From the NCBI RefSeq assembly GCF_001194135.2, contig NC_068994.1:36896111-36931631 (forward strand): 35,521 bases of DNA, in the 5' to 3' direction. Below, in pieces: positions 22,341 to 34,924 of the stretch. Both the position numbers and the translations under genes were made by a program. The DNA comes from Octopus bimaculoides. Taxonomy: Eukaryota. The notes under the pieces are model-generated. The model searched no databases. It saw nothing but the letters and a program-made list of their open reading frames with translations, and had not been told where the DNA came from. Position 1 is the stretch's first letter. Each line of letters opens with the position of its first letter.

Positions 22341-23289
22341 TATTAACTAAACAACTATAGCTACTCTTGATATAATTCCTGTTGAAGATTTTGTGATATC
22401 TATGAGAAAGTGTTAGTTTACAAGAGTTACAAAGTATCTGACTATACTTATGGTTACATTCACATTACATAGTGGATTCAATCATGCAATTTTTCTATAT
22501 CTGCTTGTTTGAGTGGATACCATTGGGTCTATATAACTTATATTTTTTATTGCAAGTGCATACTTTTGATATATTATTCTATTATAGAAAGGCCTTATCA
22601 AATATACTCTTAGCTGAAGTAGAGAAATGTCTACTGATGTTGCTTGTGACATGTTTAACAAGTTATAAAGTAATTAAGTCTTTGTTTATATAAGCAATAT
22701 TGTCATTTGGCTTATGACACAAGTAGTGTTTGAAGAAGTGGAGATTTATTGCAATATTTAGATAGTTAATATTAGATTAGCTTGTCAGTTTAAGATTTAA
22801 TTTGTTAAGTACCCCAATAGCTTCTTTTTATTTCTATCTGTATCATGTGCTTTTCTATTATGCATTACTCTTAATCCATCATATTTAAATATTCTCTCTT
22901 AGCTCCTTTTTTGTTTCAGAGTACGTGCAGGATATACATAGGCCCATGAGGTCATCTAACACTGCAGAAGATACCTCACCATGTATCCAAACCCAGTTAG
23001 CGTCATCATAAAATCAACAATTTCCTGGTGTTCATGATTGCTCCAATGTCTAATGACTCTTGAATTAGCTAAGGATGTTGTATTGAAGTTTTTGTTTTAT
23101 TCATGGGTCAATTTTATTTATGGATCCATTTTAACTCATGTAAAAGTTACCTCCCTTAGCTCTCACTTTGCCATCATACCAGAGTAATAGGTGTAACATC
23201 ACACCAAGTAGAGTGTGTGCGAACCACTCAGAAGAATATATGCTGCCCACCATCTTGGTTGCTTTCAAATATCTTTGCATACACACACA

Positions 23290-23395
23290 AAACAAATAAA
23301 GTACTGGGGTCAATTCATTCTACTAAAATTCATCAAGGCGGTGTCCTAGGATGGCAGCAGTCTAATGACTGAAACAAGTAAAAGAGTAAAAGAAA
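23290..23395 (+). mobile_element. SINE 3' fragment with a B-type core joined to an A-type tail
   Basis: aaagtactggggtcaattc..aaggcggtg..cagtctaatgactgaaacaagtaaaagagtaaaaga. Confidence 0.7.
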
Positions 23396-23723
23396 TGTAT
23401 GGATGAACACACACACACACATACACACACATATACAGCCATGCACACACTCACTGGTATATGCTGAGTGTTCCTCCTCCTCCACAAATCCCTGACTTTC
23501 TCTGTTTGTTAGAAATTACAATGGTGGTGGATTGGTAGAATACCAAGAGGAATTTCTTCTGACTCATTACATTCTAAGTTCAAATCCAGTGAGCATCAAC
23601 TTTGCCCATCTTTCTTGCAGGGCCATTGAAACACAGTGCCAGTTAAGTACTCAGATCAATGGTATAGACCAATACTTCACCACAAAATCACCAAAACCTG
23701 AAACCACTATTATTATTATTATT

Positions 23724-23958
23724 GGGCAGCGAGCTGGCAGAATCGTTAGCATGCCGGGCGAAATGCTTAGCAGTATTTTGTGTGCCACTACGTTCTGAGT
23801 TCAAATTCTGCCGAGGTCGACTTTGCCTTTCATCCTTTCGGGATCGATTAAATAAGTACCAGTTAAGCACTGGGGTCGATGTAATCGAATTAATCCCTTT
23901 GTCTGTCCTTGTGTGTCCCCTCTATGTTTAGCCCCACTGTGGGCAATAAAGAAATAAA
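23724..23958 (+). mobile_element. Young SINE family B, tail variant iii, inserted in (TAT)n
   Basis: CpG-rich gggcagcgagctggcagaatcgttagcatgccgggcg..; tail tttgtctgtccttgtg..gggcaataaagaaataa; tattattatt on both flanks. Confidence 0.9.
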
Positions 23959-23980
23959 TTATTATTATTTTTTTTTGTCG

Positions 23981-24026
<46 letters not shown>

Positions 24027-24027
<1 letters not shown>

Positions 24028-24505
24028 AAATGAGAGAGCAGTGCATGCCATCAAAATGACACTGGGGTAAAATATATGAAGCCCAATATACCCATTGTGA
24101 CTACCTGACTGATAAGGGTATATGAGGCACATGCGTTACAACCATATGTGTATGACATGGTGATCTCATATCAAGATAGACAGCGCATGACCTTACAGGT
24201 AGCTCATCCCACTCAAACGGTCCATGAATAAGGGTTATTTAAGGGTGCTGAACAAAACACCCATATTTCCAGAGGTGAATTATTCAAACCCCAAAGAACT
24301 CCCTCAACATATGGCTATGATGCTCTCTCACTACTCCTGCTCTTGATCAGAGATGCACATATCGTCAGCCACTAAGGGACATGCTCAACTGCTTAAGATC
24401 AAGCAATTGACAAGCAAATCTGTGTTATTGAGCAGAATATTTGCTGTAGCCCATTTTTTATACCAAGACAAAACAATATACATGTTAACACTTCCACTCA
24501 GTTAA
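24027..24505 (-). repeat. Unclassified interspersed repeat with (AAC)n tail, probably a retroposon 3' region
   Basis: Complex sequence that ends on the minus strand in catgcactgctctctca, followed by (aac)n (23979-24026). There is only one copy in the window, so repeat status rests on recall and structure. Confidence 0.4.
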
Positions 24506-24510
24506 GATTT

Positions 24511-24878
24511 ATTGTTATTATTATTTTATTGTTTTTGTACAGCTTCTAATGCTGGAGATGTATTATGGTGTCAGCTGTTCACTACCAGTGAACTAAGGTA
24601 ACACTCCTTATTTCTCGAGCACCATCTGGAGTATTTCAGTGGTTCCAAGCAGTGCTGTTTTCTGCAAGTGCTCCACCCTTATTGCAGCCCCTATTTGTTC
24701 CATGTACTTTTCAAAGTTTTTGCTCACTCTTCACAGGGCTCTGACAATTATTGGTACTACTACCACCTTTTTCAGCAACCATAACTGCTTCACATCCCAA
24801 GCTAACCTGTTACATCTATCAACTTTTCTTTCTTCCATATTATTTTCTTTCTTCCTTATTATTTTCTTTCTTTCTTTC

Positions 24879-24880
<2 letters not shown>
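24511..24880 (-). mobile_element. Second R4/Dong-clade 3' fragment, a different subfamily
   Basis: Minus-strand frame: MEERKVDRCNRLAWDVKQLWLLKKVVVVPIIVRAL*RVSKNFEKYMEQIGAAIRVEHLQKTALLGTTEILQMVLEK* (stop 24608-24610). TAA-type repeats lie on both sides. Confidence 0.85.
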
Positions 24881-24937
<57 letters not shown>

Positions 24938-25023
24938 CATTATTATTATCATTATTATTATTATCATCATTATTTTATTATCAGTATTATTATTATTATA
25001 TTATCAGTATTATTATTATTATA
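24880..25023. repeat. Long imperfect (TTA)n microsatellite
   Basis: Directly visible; source of the poly-I and poly-L pseudo-ORFs. Confidence 0.95.
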
Positions 25024-25074
25024 ATTGTCATGTATTTATATATTCCTTTATTTTGTGTAATATCATCCATTTAT

Positions 25075-25460
25075 TTTTAACCTGTTTCAATCATTGAGCT
25101 GTGGTCATACTGAGGTGCTGCCTTGAAAAGGGTTTTAGTCAAGCAGTTCCATCCTAGTACTTATTTTTTCAGTACTAGGATGGTACTCTTTTACTCCCTT
25201 TGGCTGGACTGCTAAGTTTCAAGGGTGTAAACAAAACAACCATGGCTGTCTATTGTTAGTGGTGATGGACAAAGACACATAGGCACACACATGTATATAT
25301 CTCAGACTTCCATACTGTTCTGGTAGACCAAATTCACTGAAAAGGTATTGGTCAGCTGAAGACTTTAGTAGAAGGTACTTGCCCAAGGTGTTATATAGTA
25401 GGACTGAACCCGAAAGCACATGGTTGCAAAGCAGGCTTCTTAACCATACAGCCATGCCTT
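25075..25460 (-). mobile_element. Decayed SINE family A
   Basis: cctgtttcaatcattgagctgtggtcatactg..gtagaaggtacttgcccaaggtg..ggactgaacccg..accatacagccatgcc. Confidence 0.78.
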
Positions 25461-25919
25461 GAACACACACACACACGTTTCATGGTTGTTCTTGTCGGGT
25501 ATTGATTAATTGTTTAATCAACTAAATAAATAACAACCTGTTGGGGTGTGTGTCTTTTATTACTGTACATAGTTGATGAGACACCATTCATTGAAAATCT
25601 ATGTTGATCCCTTCACATGCATATGCACACATGCAAGTGTATGCATGTTTGAGCAGTCTGTCTAGCCGTCTTACTAGATATTCTGCACATACACACATGC
25701 ACACTGGCACACTCATACACATGCAATCGACGAATTTTGTAACTTGTTGGTGCGTCAAATCATGTAAGTGGTTGGATAAGATTTCAACATTGTTTGCTGA
25801 TATGTCGTATTTATACAAAGAATGTTAACAATGTACACACACACATACGTGTGCGTGTGTGTGTGCGTATACTTACATATACATATATTATCATCATCAT
25901 CGAACGGATATTACATCAC

Positions 25920-25964
25920 CCATTAAATTATCCATTAAAACATCCATTAAATTATCCATTAAAT
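25920..25964. repeat. 12-bp tandem repeat (ccattaaattat) x3.75
   Basis: ccattaaattat ccattaaaacat ccattaaattat ccattaaat. Confidence 0.9.
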
Positions 25965-26731
25965 GGCTAAACAGATAATCCCATATAGAATGATTTCAGG
26001 CTCTGTAATGAATGCTTAGCCATCATCAGTGAGATTCACAGTATTAGTACATATATGTGAATATATATACATATACATACATTCACACATCTACACATAA
26101 GGTCAATCATTCACCCATATATATACATATATATATTTATATATATATATATATATATATNNNNNNNNNNNNNNNNNNNNNNNNNNNNNNNNNNNNNNNN
26201 NNNNNNNNNNNNNNNNNNNNNNNNNNNNNNNNNNNNNNNNNNNNNNNNNNNNNNNNNNNNNNNNNNNNNNNNNNNNNNNNNNNNNNNNNNNNNNNNNNNN
26301 NNNNNNNNNNNNNNNNNNNNNNNNNNNNNNNNNNNNNNNNNNNNNNNNNNNNNNNNNNNNNNNNNNNNNNNNNNNNNNNNNNNNNNNNNNNNNNNNNNNN
26401 NNNNNNNNNNNNNNNNNNNNNNNNNNNNNNNNNNNNNNNNNNNNNNNNNNNNNNNNNNNNNNNNNNNNNNNNNNNNNNNNNNNNNNNNNNNNNNNNNNNN
26501 NNNNNNNNNNNNNNNNNNNNNNNNNNNNNNNNNNNNNNNNNNNNNNNNNNNNNNNNNNNNNNNNNNNNNNNNNNNNNNNNNNNNNNNNNNNNNNNNNNNN
26601 NNNNNNNNNNNNNNNNNNNNNNNNNNNNNNNNNNNNNNNNNNNNNNNNNNNNNNNNNNNNNNNNNNNNNNNNNNNNNNNNNNNNNNNNNNNNNNNNNNNN
26701 NNNNNNNNNNNNNNNNNNNNNNNNNNNNNNN

Positions 26732-26875
26732 CGTTAGGAAGGGCATCCAGCTGTAGAAACTCTGCCAAATCAGATTGGAGCCTGGTGTAGCCATCTGGTT
26801 TCACCAGTCCTCAGTCAAATCGTCCAACCCATGCTAGCATGGAAAGCGGACGTTAAACGACGACGACAACGACGA

Positions 26876-26878
<3 letters not shown>
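26732..26878 (+). mobile_element. RTE-type 3' terminal fragment with (GAC)n tail; 5' part lies in the gap
   Basis: About 3 differences over about 130 bp relative to the copy at 8538-8665. Confidence 0.88.
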
Positions 26879-26917
<39 letters not shown>

Positions 26918-27900
26918 TAATTAAATTATAAAATATTATAGATCTATTATATTATAGATCTATTACAGCTGATCTTACTAATTGGTTTCACACTAGGTAC
27001 TAAAACTGGATGTTAGATCACAATATGGTCAGCTAATACCACATGCTCTTCATTGAGAACTTTAATAAACCCACTCTATTGACAAATATATGAGGGCATC
27101 CTTTTCCTAAATTATGGGTTTTTAAATGACTAAATAAATATTCCACTCATGCCAGCATAGAAGGCAGATATTAAATGATGATGATGTATGTATGTATGTA
27201 TGTATGTATGCATGTTTGTCTCTCTGCCGCACTCACTGTGTCTCTCTCCCTCTCACTGTTTCTCTTTCTGTCTGTCTGTCTGTCTGTCTGTGTGTATCTC
27301 TCTCCCTCTCTCTCTTTCTTTCTCTGTATACATGTGTGTGTGTGTATTTATATATAAATGTAGCTATATATACATAAATATATATATCTATAAAGTGAGA
27401 AAGAGTGAGAGGACGGAGAGGAGGCATGAGAGATTGCTTAGAAGATATCTAATTATTATGTTCATTAACATAAGGTGACCATTGGATACATAATGCAAAT
27501 TACATAATCAACATTTGCTGCTGTCAAATCAGGTGACGTGTAATTATTAAATGTAATACTATTGGAATGATAAGATGACAATAGTCACCATTGTGGAAAT
27601 GTCTTGAGACTGTATATCCTCATCATTGTCATCATCATCATCATCATCATCATCACCATCATTTTAACATGAACTTTTCCATGCTAACATGAGAGTTCTT
27701 TAAGGCAAATAATCTATGGCCAGAAACCCTTCTTGTTGCCAACCTTCACCTGTTTATTAGTAAGGTAGTATTTCCCCCTGGCCAAACATGTTTTCATGGA
27801 AGATTGGAAATGAAGGACACTGTCTGTATAAAAATGGGGCTCATTTACAACAGTAACACAATGTCAAGGCAAGGAAATGGTAACATCCACACATGCATGT

Positions 27901-27946
<46 letters not shown>

Positions 27947-27964
27947 ACATACACACACATGCAT

Positions 27965-28130
27965 ATATATATGTGAAGGTTATTTTTCAGTTTCCATCCA
28001 TCAAATCCACTCACAAGGTCAGCCTGGGCTCTAGTAGAAAATACTTGTGCTAGGTGCCATTGTGTGGGAGTGAACTTTTGACCATGTGGTTTGGAAGCAA
28101 ATTACTTATCCATTCAGCCACACCTGTATG
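27965..28130 (-). mobile_element. SINE family A head-only fragment next to (CA)n
   Basis: ttcagtttccatccatcaaatccactcacaagg..accatgtggtttggaagcaa..cagccac. Confidence 0.72.
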
Positions 28131-28202
28131 TCACTACATACGCTCACACACATACCCATACACATGCACACACACATACATATGGGGAGGTACAGGTTTA
28201 AC

Positions 28203-28238
<36 letters not shown>

Positions 28239-29806
28239 GGTTTGGGTAGGTATGTATATATATATATGTGTGTGTGTGTGTATAATTTATATACATACAC
28301 ATATGTAACATACTTACATACATGCACACACACACAAACACACACATGCACGCATGCACACACACACACACACACACTAGCTGTGTAGATCATTGGTCNN
28401 NNNNNNNNNNNNNNNNNNNNNNNNNNNNNNNNNNNNNNNNNNNNNNNNNNNNNNNNNNNNNNNNNNNNNNNNNNNNNNNNNNNNNNNNNNNCAATCACCA
28501 CATTCCAGTTCTTAACGTTCGCATAAGGTCAGTAATTTTAAGGGAGAGAACAATCAATGAAATCCATGCTAGTACTTGACTGGTATTTACTTCATTGATT
28601 CCTGGAGGATGAAAGTGAAAGTTGACCACCAATAGGAATTTATTTCGGATTATATAGGAATGAAAGTAAATATCATGATTAATTTTGTTCAGTTTTTATG
28701 TAAATCAGCAGTCTTGGTTTTTTTACTTGGAGCAAATGAAGACACATTAGAGAAGTAAGAACAATTTAGTATGGCTTAGTATGGCAGGGTAGAAGGTAAT
28801 TTCATTAGTGTTGGTGTTAGAAAAAAATGCACATTGCATACTTTATCAGATGGGTAGTGAATGAGTAGAGATAGCGTGAAATCAAGAGGAACCGTCAATC
28901 TTGCAGAAGACTTAACAACATCTCTAGTGTTAATGCTATGATAAAACATCCAGTATACTCTGTAAAGTGAATGGTATTAGGGCCATAGGAACTATGGAAT
29001 GTATGAATCAAATATAGTCCTTTAACTCATCAAGGAAGGCAATAATTCTGAAAAAAAAACTGATTCATGACAACCAATGTAACTCATGCCAGCATGGAAA
29101 ATGAACATAAATTGATGATGATGACAATGACAATGTTGATGATGGTGCTGATTATCACGAATTTACTGATTGACAAACACTTAAATAATTGTCTTACTAG
29201 TCAATAAGTTGGCTGTTTCTCTTCATGCCTCATCACTAGAGATACACCAATGCTGTTGCTTTTGCCAAAGTCATTAAAATTTTTCTCAGTTTCTTGGTCT
29301 ATTTACCTATATTGGTTTCATGTATAGGTTTCATCTCTGTGGATTAACTTTTACCAATATCAGCAACAAAAACAATTATGTTACTAACTAATTTGAGGTT
29401 CAAGAACTTGTAACACTGGGGTAACAAAGTACCTAAAATATCAAAGCCCTGAATTAAATGCATGATAGCACTTAGCTACAGCTTTCTCACATTCAAGTTC
29501 AGACACCATTAGAGTTAAATTTATTTCTCATACATCATGGATTGATGCAGTAAGTGATGTACTGTCGTCAATATAGCTCCCTATACCTAACCCCAATAAA
29601 AATTGGTTTTCGTGTTTATTCAAAATTGCTATTCTTTTAATCTTTTATTGATTTCAGTCACTGGACTGCAATCATACTGGGACTCTGCCTTGAAGGGTTT
29701 TTGTTGATCGTATCAAACCTCAAATGCTTATCTCAGTCTAGTATTTATTTTATTGATTTCTAGCAAATGACTACAGCTACTTTTAATATAAAGGATGTAA
29801 CTTGGG

Positions 29807-29838
<32 letters not shown>

Positions 29839-29963
29839 GTACATATGTACATATGTATATATATATATATATGTACATATGTATATATGTGTGTGTATAT
29901 ATATATATATGTATATATGTACATATGTACATATGTATATATATATATGTACATATGTATATA

Positions 29964-30027
<64 letters not shown>

Positions 30028-30099
30028 TGTATGTATGTACGTGTGTATATGTATGTGTGTGTATATATATATACACACGTACACATATATATATATGTA

Positions 30100-30153
<54 letters not shown>

Positions 30154-30172
30154 NNNNNNNNNNGTATATATA

Positions 30173-30216
<44 letters not shown>

Positions 30217-30270
30217 TATACACATATATATATGTATGTATGTATATATATATACACACACACATATCTA
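29807..30270. repeat. Very long compound (TA)n/(TACA)n/(TG)n microsatellite with a 10-N gap
   Basis: Directly visible; explains six pseudo-ORFs. Confidence 0.95.
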
Positions 30271-30304
30271 CACACATACACAAATATATGTATTCTTTTA
30301 TGCT

Positions 30305-30695
30305 TTTCATCTTTTACTTGTTTGAGTCATTAGACTGTGACCATGCTGGGGCACCACCTTGAAAATGTTTTAATCGAACAAATTACCACCAGGACTTATT
30401 TTTTTTTAAAGCCTGGTACTTATTCTATTTGTTCTTTAGCTGAACTGCTAAGTTAAAGGAATGTAAATAAAGCAACACTGGTTGTCAATCACTAATGGGG
30501 AACAAAAACAGACACACATACACACACATATATGACTAGCTTCTTTCAGTTTCCACCCACCAGATCCATTTACAAGGCTTCAGATAATCTAGGGCCGCAG
30601 CAGAAGACACTTGCTCAAAATGCTATGCAATGAGACCGAACCTAGAATCATGCGATTGGGGGAGCAAACTTCTTACCACACAGCCATGCCTGCAT
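30305..30695 (-). mobile_element. SINE family A, full length, decayed
   Basis: catcttttacttgtttgagtcattagactgtgaccatgctgg..gaagacacttgctcaa..cttaccacacagccatgcctgc. Confidence 0.82.
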
Positions 30696-30711
30696 CAATA
30701 TATATACATAT

Positions 30712-31060
30712 ATATTTAAGGGTAAAGACCCCTTTCGGTCATGAATGACCATGGGATTGCACCTAGAAAGTTACTCTCTGAGGTACAAGTCCAAGGAAGG
30801 TTGTTTATGGAAGACCAGCAGTCACCCATGCATACCAGCCTTCCCTCTCCATGCGACCGATGTTATCCAAGGGAAAGGCAAAGGCCAATACAACTTGGCA
30901 CCAGTGATGGTTGCAACTCATTTCTACAGCTGAATGAACTGGAGCAACATGAAATAAAGTGTCTTGCTCAAGAACACAACACACAGCCCAGTCCGGGAAT
31001 CGAACTCACTACCTCATGATTGTGAGCCCAACACTCTAACCACTGAGCCAACTGCCTTCA
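30712..31060 (-). mobile_element. tRNA-derived SINE, family E
   Basis: The minus strand reads tggctcagtggttagag..gagttcgattcccggactgggc (A and B boxes), then tgtgttcttgagcaagacacttta, a motif of the kind seen in conserved central SINE domains. The tail ends ggggtctttaccct. A decayed relative lies at about 790-960. Confidence 0.82.
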
Positions 31061-31936
31061 ATATATATATATATATATATNNNNNNNNNNNNNNNNNNNN
31101 NNNNNNNNNNNNNNNNNNNNNNNNNNNNNNNNNNNNNNNNNNNNNNNNNNNNNNNNNNNNNNNNNNNNNNNNNNNNNNNNNNNNNNNNNNNNNNNNNNNN
31201 NNNNNNNNNNNNNNNNNNNNNNNNNNNNNNNNNNNNNNNNNNNNNNNNNNNNNNNNNNNNNNNNNNNNNNNNNNNNNNNNNNNNNNNNNNNNNNNNNNNN
31301 NNNNNNNNNNNNNNNNNNNNNNNNNNNNNNNNNNNNNNNNNNNNNNNNNNNNNNNNNNNNNNNNNNNNNNNNNNNNNNNNNNNNNNNNNNNNNNNNNNNN
31401 NNNNNNNNNNNNNNNNNNNNNNNNNNNNNNNNNNNNNNNNNNNNNNNNNNNNNNNNNNNNNNNNNNNNNNNNNNNNNNNNNNNNNNNNNNNNNNNNNNNN
31501 NNNNNNNNNNNNNNNNNNNNNNNNNNNNNNNNNNNNNNNNNNNNNNNNNNNNNNNNNNNNNNNNNNNNNNNNNNNNNNNNNNNNNNNNNNNNNNNNNNNN
31601 NNNNNNNNNNNNNNNNNNNNNNNNNNNNNNNNNNNNNNNNNNNNNNNNNNNNNNNNNNNNNNNNNNNNNNNNNNNNNNNNNNNNNNNNNNNNNNNNNNNN
31701 NNNNNNNNNNNNNNNNNNNNNNNNNNNNNNNNNNNNNNNNNNNNNNNNNNNNNNNNNNNNNNNNNNNNNNNNNNNNNNNNNNNNNNNNNNNNNNNNNNNN
31801 NNNNNNNNNNNNNNNNNNNNNNNNNNNNNNNNNNNNNNNNNNNNNNNNNNNNNNNNNNNNNNNNNNNNNNNNNNNNNNNNNNNNNNNNNNNNNNNNNNNN
31901 NNNNNNNNNNNNNNNNNNNNNNNNNNNNNNNNNNNN

Positions 31937-31970
<34 letters not shown>

Positions 31971-34399
31971 TATATAAATGTAAATAATTAGAAAATGGAG
32001 AAAACCACAGATTAACCAACACATCGGTTGGACCACATTTATGGCTTATTTTTTTAATACAAGCATGACATAACAAAATAGGTGATGTAACATATCTTAG
32101 GGCTGTTACTGATCAGATTGCCAAAATGCAGTCTATACATAAATGCGAGAATAAAATTCTTCATCTTCATAGGGCATTCGATTTAAGGCAACGAATCTTT
32201 ATCAGAGTGAAAAACAAGAGCATATAATATAAACAAAAGGAAGAAGGAAGAGGTAAGAAAACATGGCTTAGGTGAGTAGTCTAGAAGCCCAGTATGTTAA
32301 GAGCAAATAGACTTCATTAAAATTCAGTTTGAATCTTGCTTGCTTGCAATGTTACCCAGTGAAACTGGTGCATAATGGGAAAATACTATGAATTAAGTTT
32401 ACCCTGAAATGTTAATATGAATGGTATGAAACAAGTTTCACGTAAATTGGTAGAGTGGTTTTTGAGATATTAGAGATTTTTGGGGTATAAATACCCAAAA
32501 CGATGCATAATAGGAAGATGTTCCGAAAATAATCTTCATCCTGGAATGGAAGAAACTCTTATCTTTCTATTAGACTGTGAGTTGACAGTGAAAAAGTATG
32601 ATTTTTTTTTTTTACAGTGAATGTTTCTATATTTGCTTTTGTTAAGCAGAATGTTTTAATCATTTAGAAATATTCTTAAGTGAATGTGATTTCAAAAATG
32701 TAAGTTGTTTATACAGTAAGTATTTATATTTTAGCTTTCATTAAACAGACAATATTTTTATGATTTTTTAAAGTTATTTTCAAGTAAATACCATTACAAA
32801 GATTTTTTTTTGGCATATTTAGAAAATATTCTAAAGTGAAATTGACTTTAAAAGTATGGTAAATATTTTGTGAAAGACCTGTTCGTAACCTCAGTGAGAA
32901 ATATATTTTTCCATAGGGTTTTTTTGAGTGCGTTCAACGTATTTGGCTGCTNNNNNNNNNNNNNNNNNNNNNNNNNNNNNNNNNNNNNNNNNNNNNNNNN
33001 NNNNNNNNNNNNNNNNNNNNNNNNNNNNNNNNNNNNNNNNNNNNNNNNNNNATATATATATGTGTGTGTATATATGTGTATGTATATGTGTGTGTGTGTG
33101 TACTATAGGCTTTAGTCTTATGGAGAACTTCACAACATCTCTAGTATTAATGGTATGATAGAACATCCAGTATGTTGTATGAAGTAGTTAGTGTTAAGAA
33201 GGGAATCCATAGAAACTATGCCAAAGTTGGGACACCCAAGTGACATTATGGACTCTAACAGATCTAGGAATCAGTAACTCTAGTTAAGAATGGATTTGAG
33301 CCGTGGCAACCTATTAGACCAATGCATGTCTCCATACCCAATATTTACATGCCAATGTCATCTATCCCCGACAAATTCCTCATCCCATTTTCTATCACCT
33401 GTCCATCCAACATTCATGGGCCCAGAAACAGAGGGTACAGGGGGATGAAAGTGCAACCCCTAAAATTTTTTTGGTGGGAGGGGGAAATCAAAATTTGCAC
33501 CACTACTCACTTGTCTCATGTTTAGAAAACAGTGCATAAAAAGTGATCTTTGAAAGGTGATCAAAGAATAAAGAACAAAAATAATAAGAAAAAATCAATA
33601 AGATCTTGTCTGTAGAAAATTTGGGACTACATTGCATCTTTCTAACACCCAACCCTACTACAACTTGACCTTCTTAACACCCACTGCTCCATCGCCCTGC
33701 TGACTACAAAACTACTCACTCAGCTGCTTTAGTTATGTGAACGGGACTGCACAAATTTCACCACTACCCCTGTTGCTCATCCTCCCAGGAACCACTTTCT
33801 TTTCATCAATCACTCTTGGTATCATCCTGTACTTCCACTGAATGCCCTTCTCAACTCCATTTCCCCTGCATACTCCCACATTTTGCCAACAGCAGCCCCA
33901 CTTCTTATTACATCTGCCCATCTCCAACCATTATCATCCTCAAATACTTCTGACTCTACCCCTGTCACTGTGCGGCTCTCTTGCACATTACCCCCACTCA
34001 CTTCACATCATCTTTGCTGCCATCTACTACCTCCCTAGCTTACACCTACTTTCTCCCCCGTCCCTTCATGACAGATATTCATAGTTAACCTTGCCTCCAA
34101 CTGTGTTTACCACTCACTGCATTTCCCTCTATTCACCTACTACTTTTCTCTCACACTCTTATGAACATACTTACCCACCCAAACCACTTCTCCTTATTCA
34201 CTTTCTTGTAACTTAAGGGTATGATCTAACACACATCTTCACCACCGTCCTTCTTTTCTTCTAACTAGGATAACCTAGTATCTCCCCCCTATGGCAAGAC
34301 ACCTATTTTTGTCCTGCTTTCATATATTAACATTCCATTACCAGGCATAAAGTCACCCACCTCAATACTACTTCCCTGCTCAATCTAGGGGTCCTGTCT

Positions 34400-34625
34400 T
34401 GCTAGTTACTTGGCAACCACATTAGTGCTGGTGCCACGTGAAAAGCGCCCAGTTCACTCTGTAAAGTGGTTGGCATCAGGAAGGGCATCTAGCCATAGAA
34501 ACTATGCTGAAGCAGACATTGGAGCTTGATGCAGTCGTCTGGCTCAATAGCTCCTGTCAAACCGTCCAAACCATGCCAGCATAGAAAACAGATCTTAAAG
34601 AACAACAACAACAACAATAATAATA
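34400..34625 (+). mobile_element. RTE-tailed element (RTE 3' UTR-like)
   Basis: gtgctggtgccacgtgaaaagcgcccag..ggaagggcatc..ccatgccagcatagaaaac, then (aac/aat)n. Decayed relatives lie at about 28915-29130 and 33130-33230. Confidence 0.75.
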
Positions 34626-34649
34626 ATAATAGTAATGATGATGATGATG

Positions 34650-34859
34650 ATTTCAAATTTTGGCACAAGGCCAACCAGAATGGGGAGGGGCTAAGTCAAT
34701 TACATTGACTCTGGTGTTCAACCGGTATTTATTTTATTAACCCCAGAAGGACGAAAGGTGATATCAACCTCGGCAGAATTTGAAGTCAGAATGTAAAGAC
34801 AGATGAAATGCTGCTGGGCATTTTGCCTGGCATGATAACAATTCTGCCAGCTCACTGGT

Positions 34860-34860
<1 letters not shown>
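34650..34860 (-). mobile_element. SINE family B
   Basis: tttcaaattttggcacaaggcc..cggcagaatttgaagtcag..ttctgccagctcac. Confidence 0.85.
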
Positions 34861-34901
<41 letters not shown>

Positions 34902-34924
34902 TAATGATGATGATGATGACGATG

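Noticed and set aside
26934-26965. Perfect 16-bp duplication tattatagatctatta x2
   Set aside because: Most simply a local slippage duplication in AT-rich DNA.
28383-28398. gtgtagatcattggtc before a gap, resembling the Illumina P5 sequence
   Set aside because: Only 9 contiguous bases match, which is insufficient to call an adapter.
29728-30362. YIYI/CVCV ORFs here and at 11562-12035
   Set aside because: Translations of dinucleotide microsatellites.
5994-33166. Long ORFs containing runs of X
   Set aside because: They only span N-gaps: 6155-7050, 16296-16680, 18217-18849, 19773-19922, 26161-26731, 28399-28491, 30154-30163, 31081-31936 and 32952-33051.
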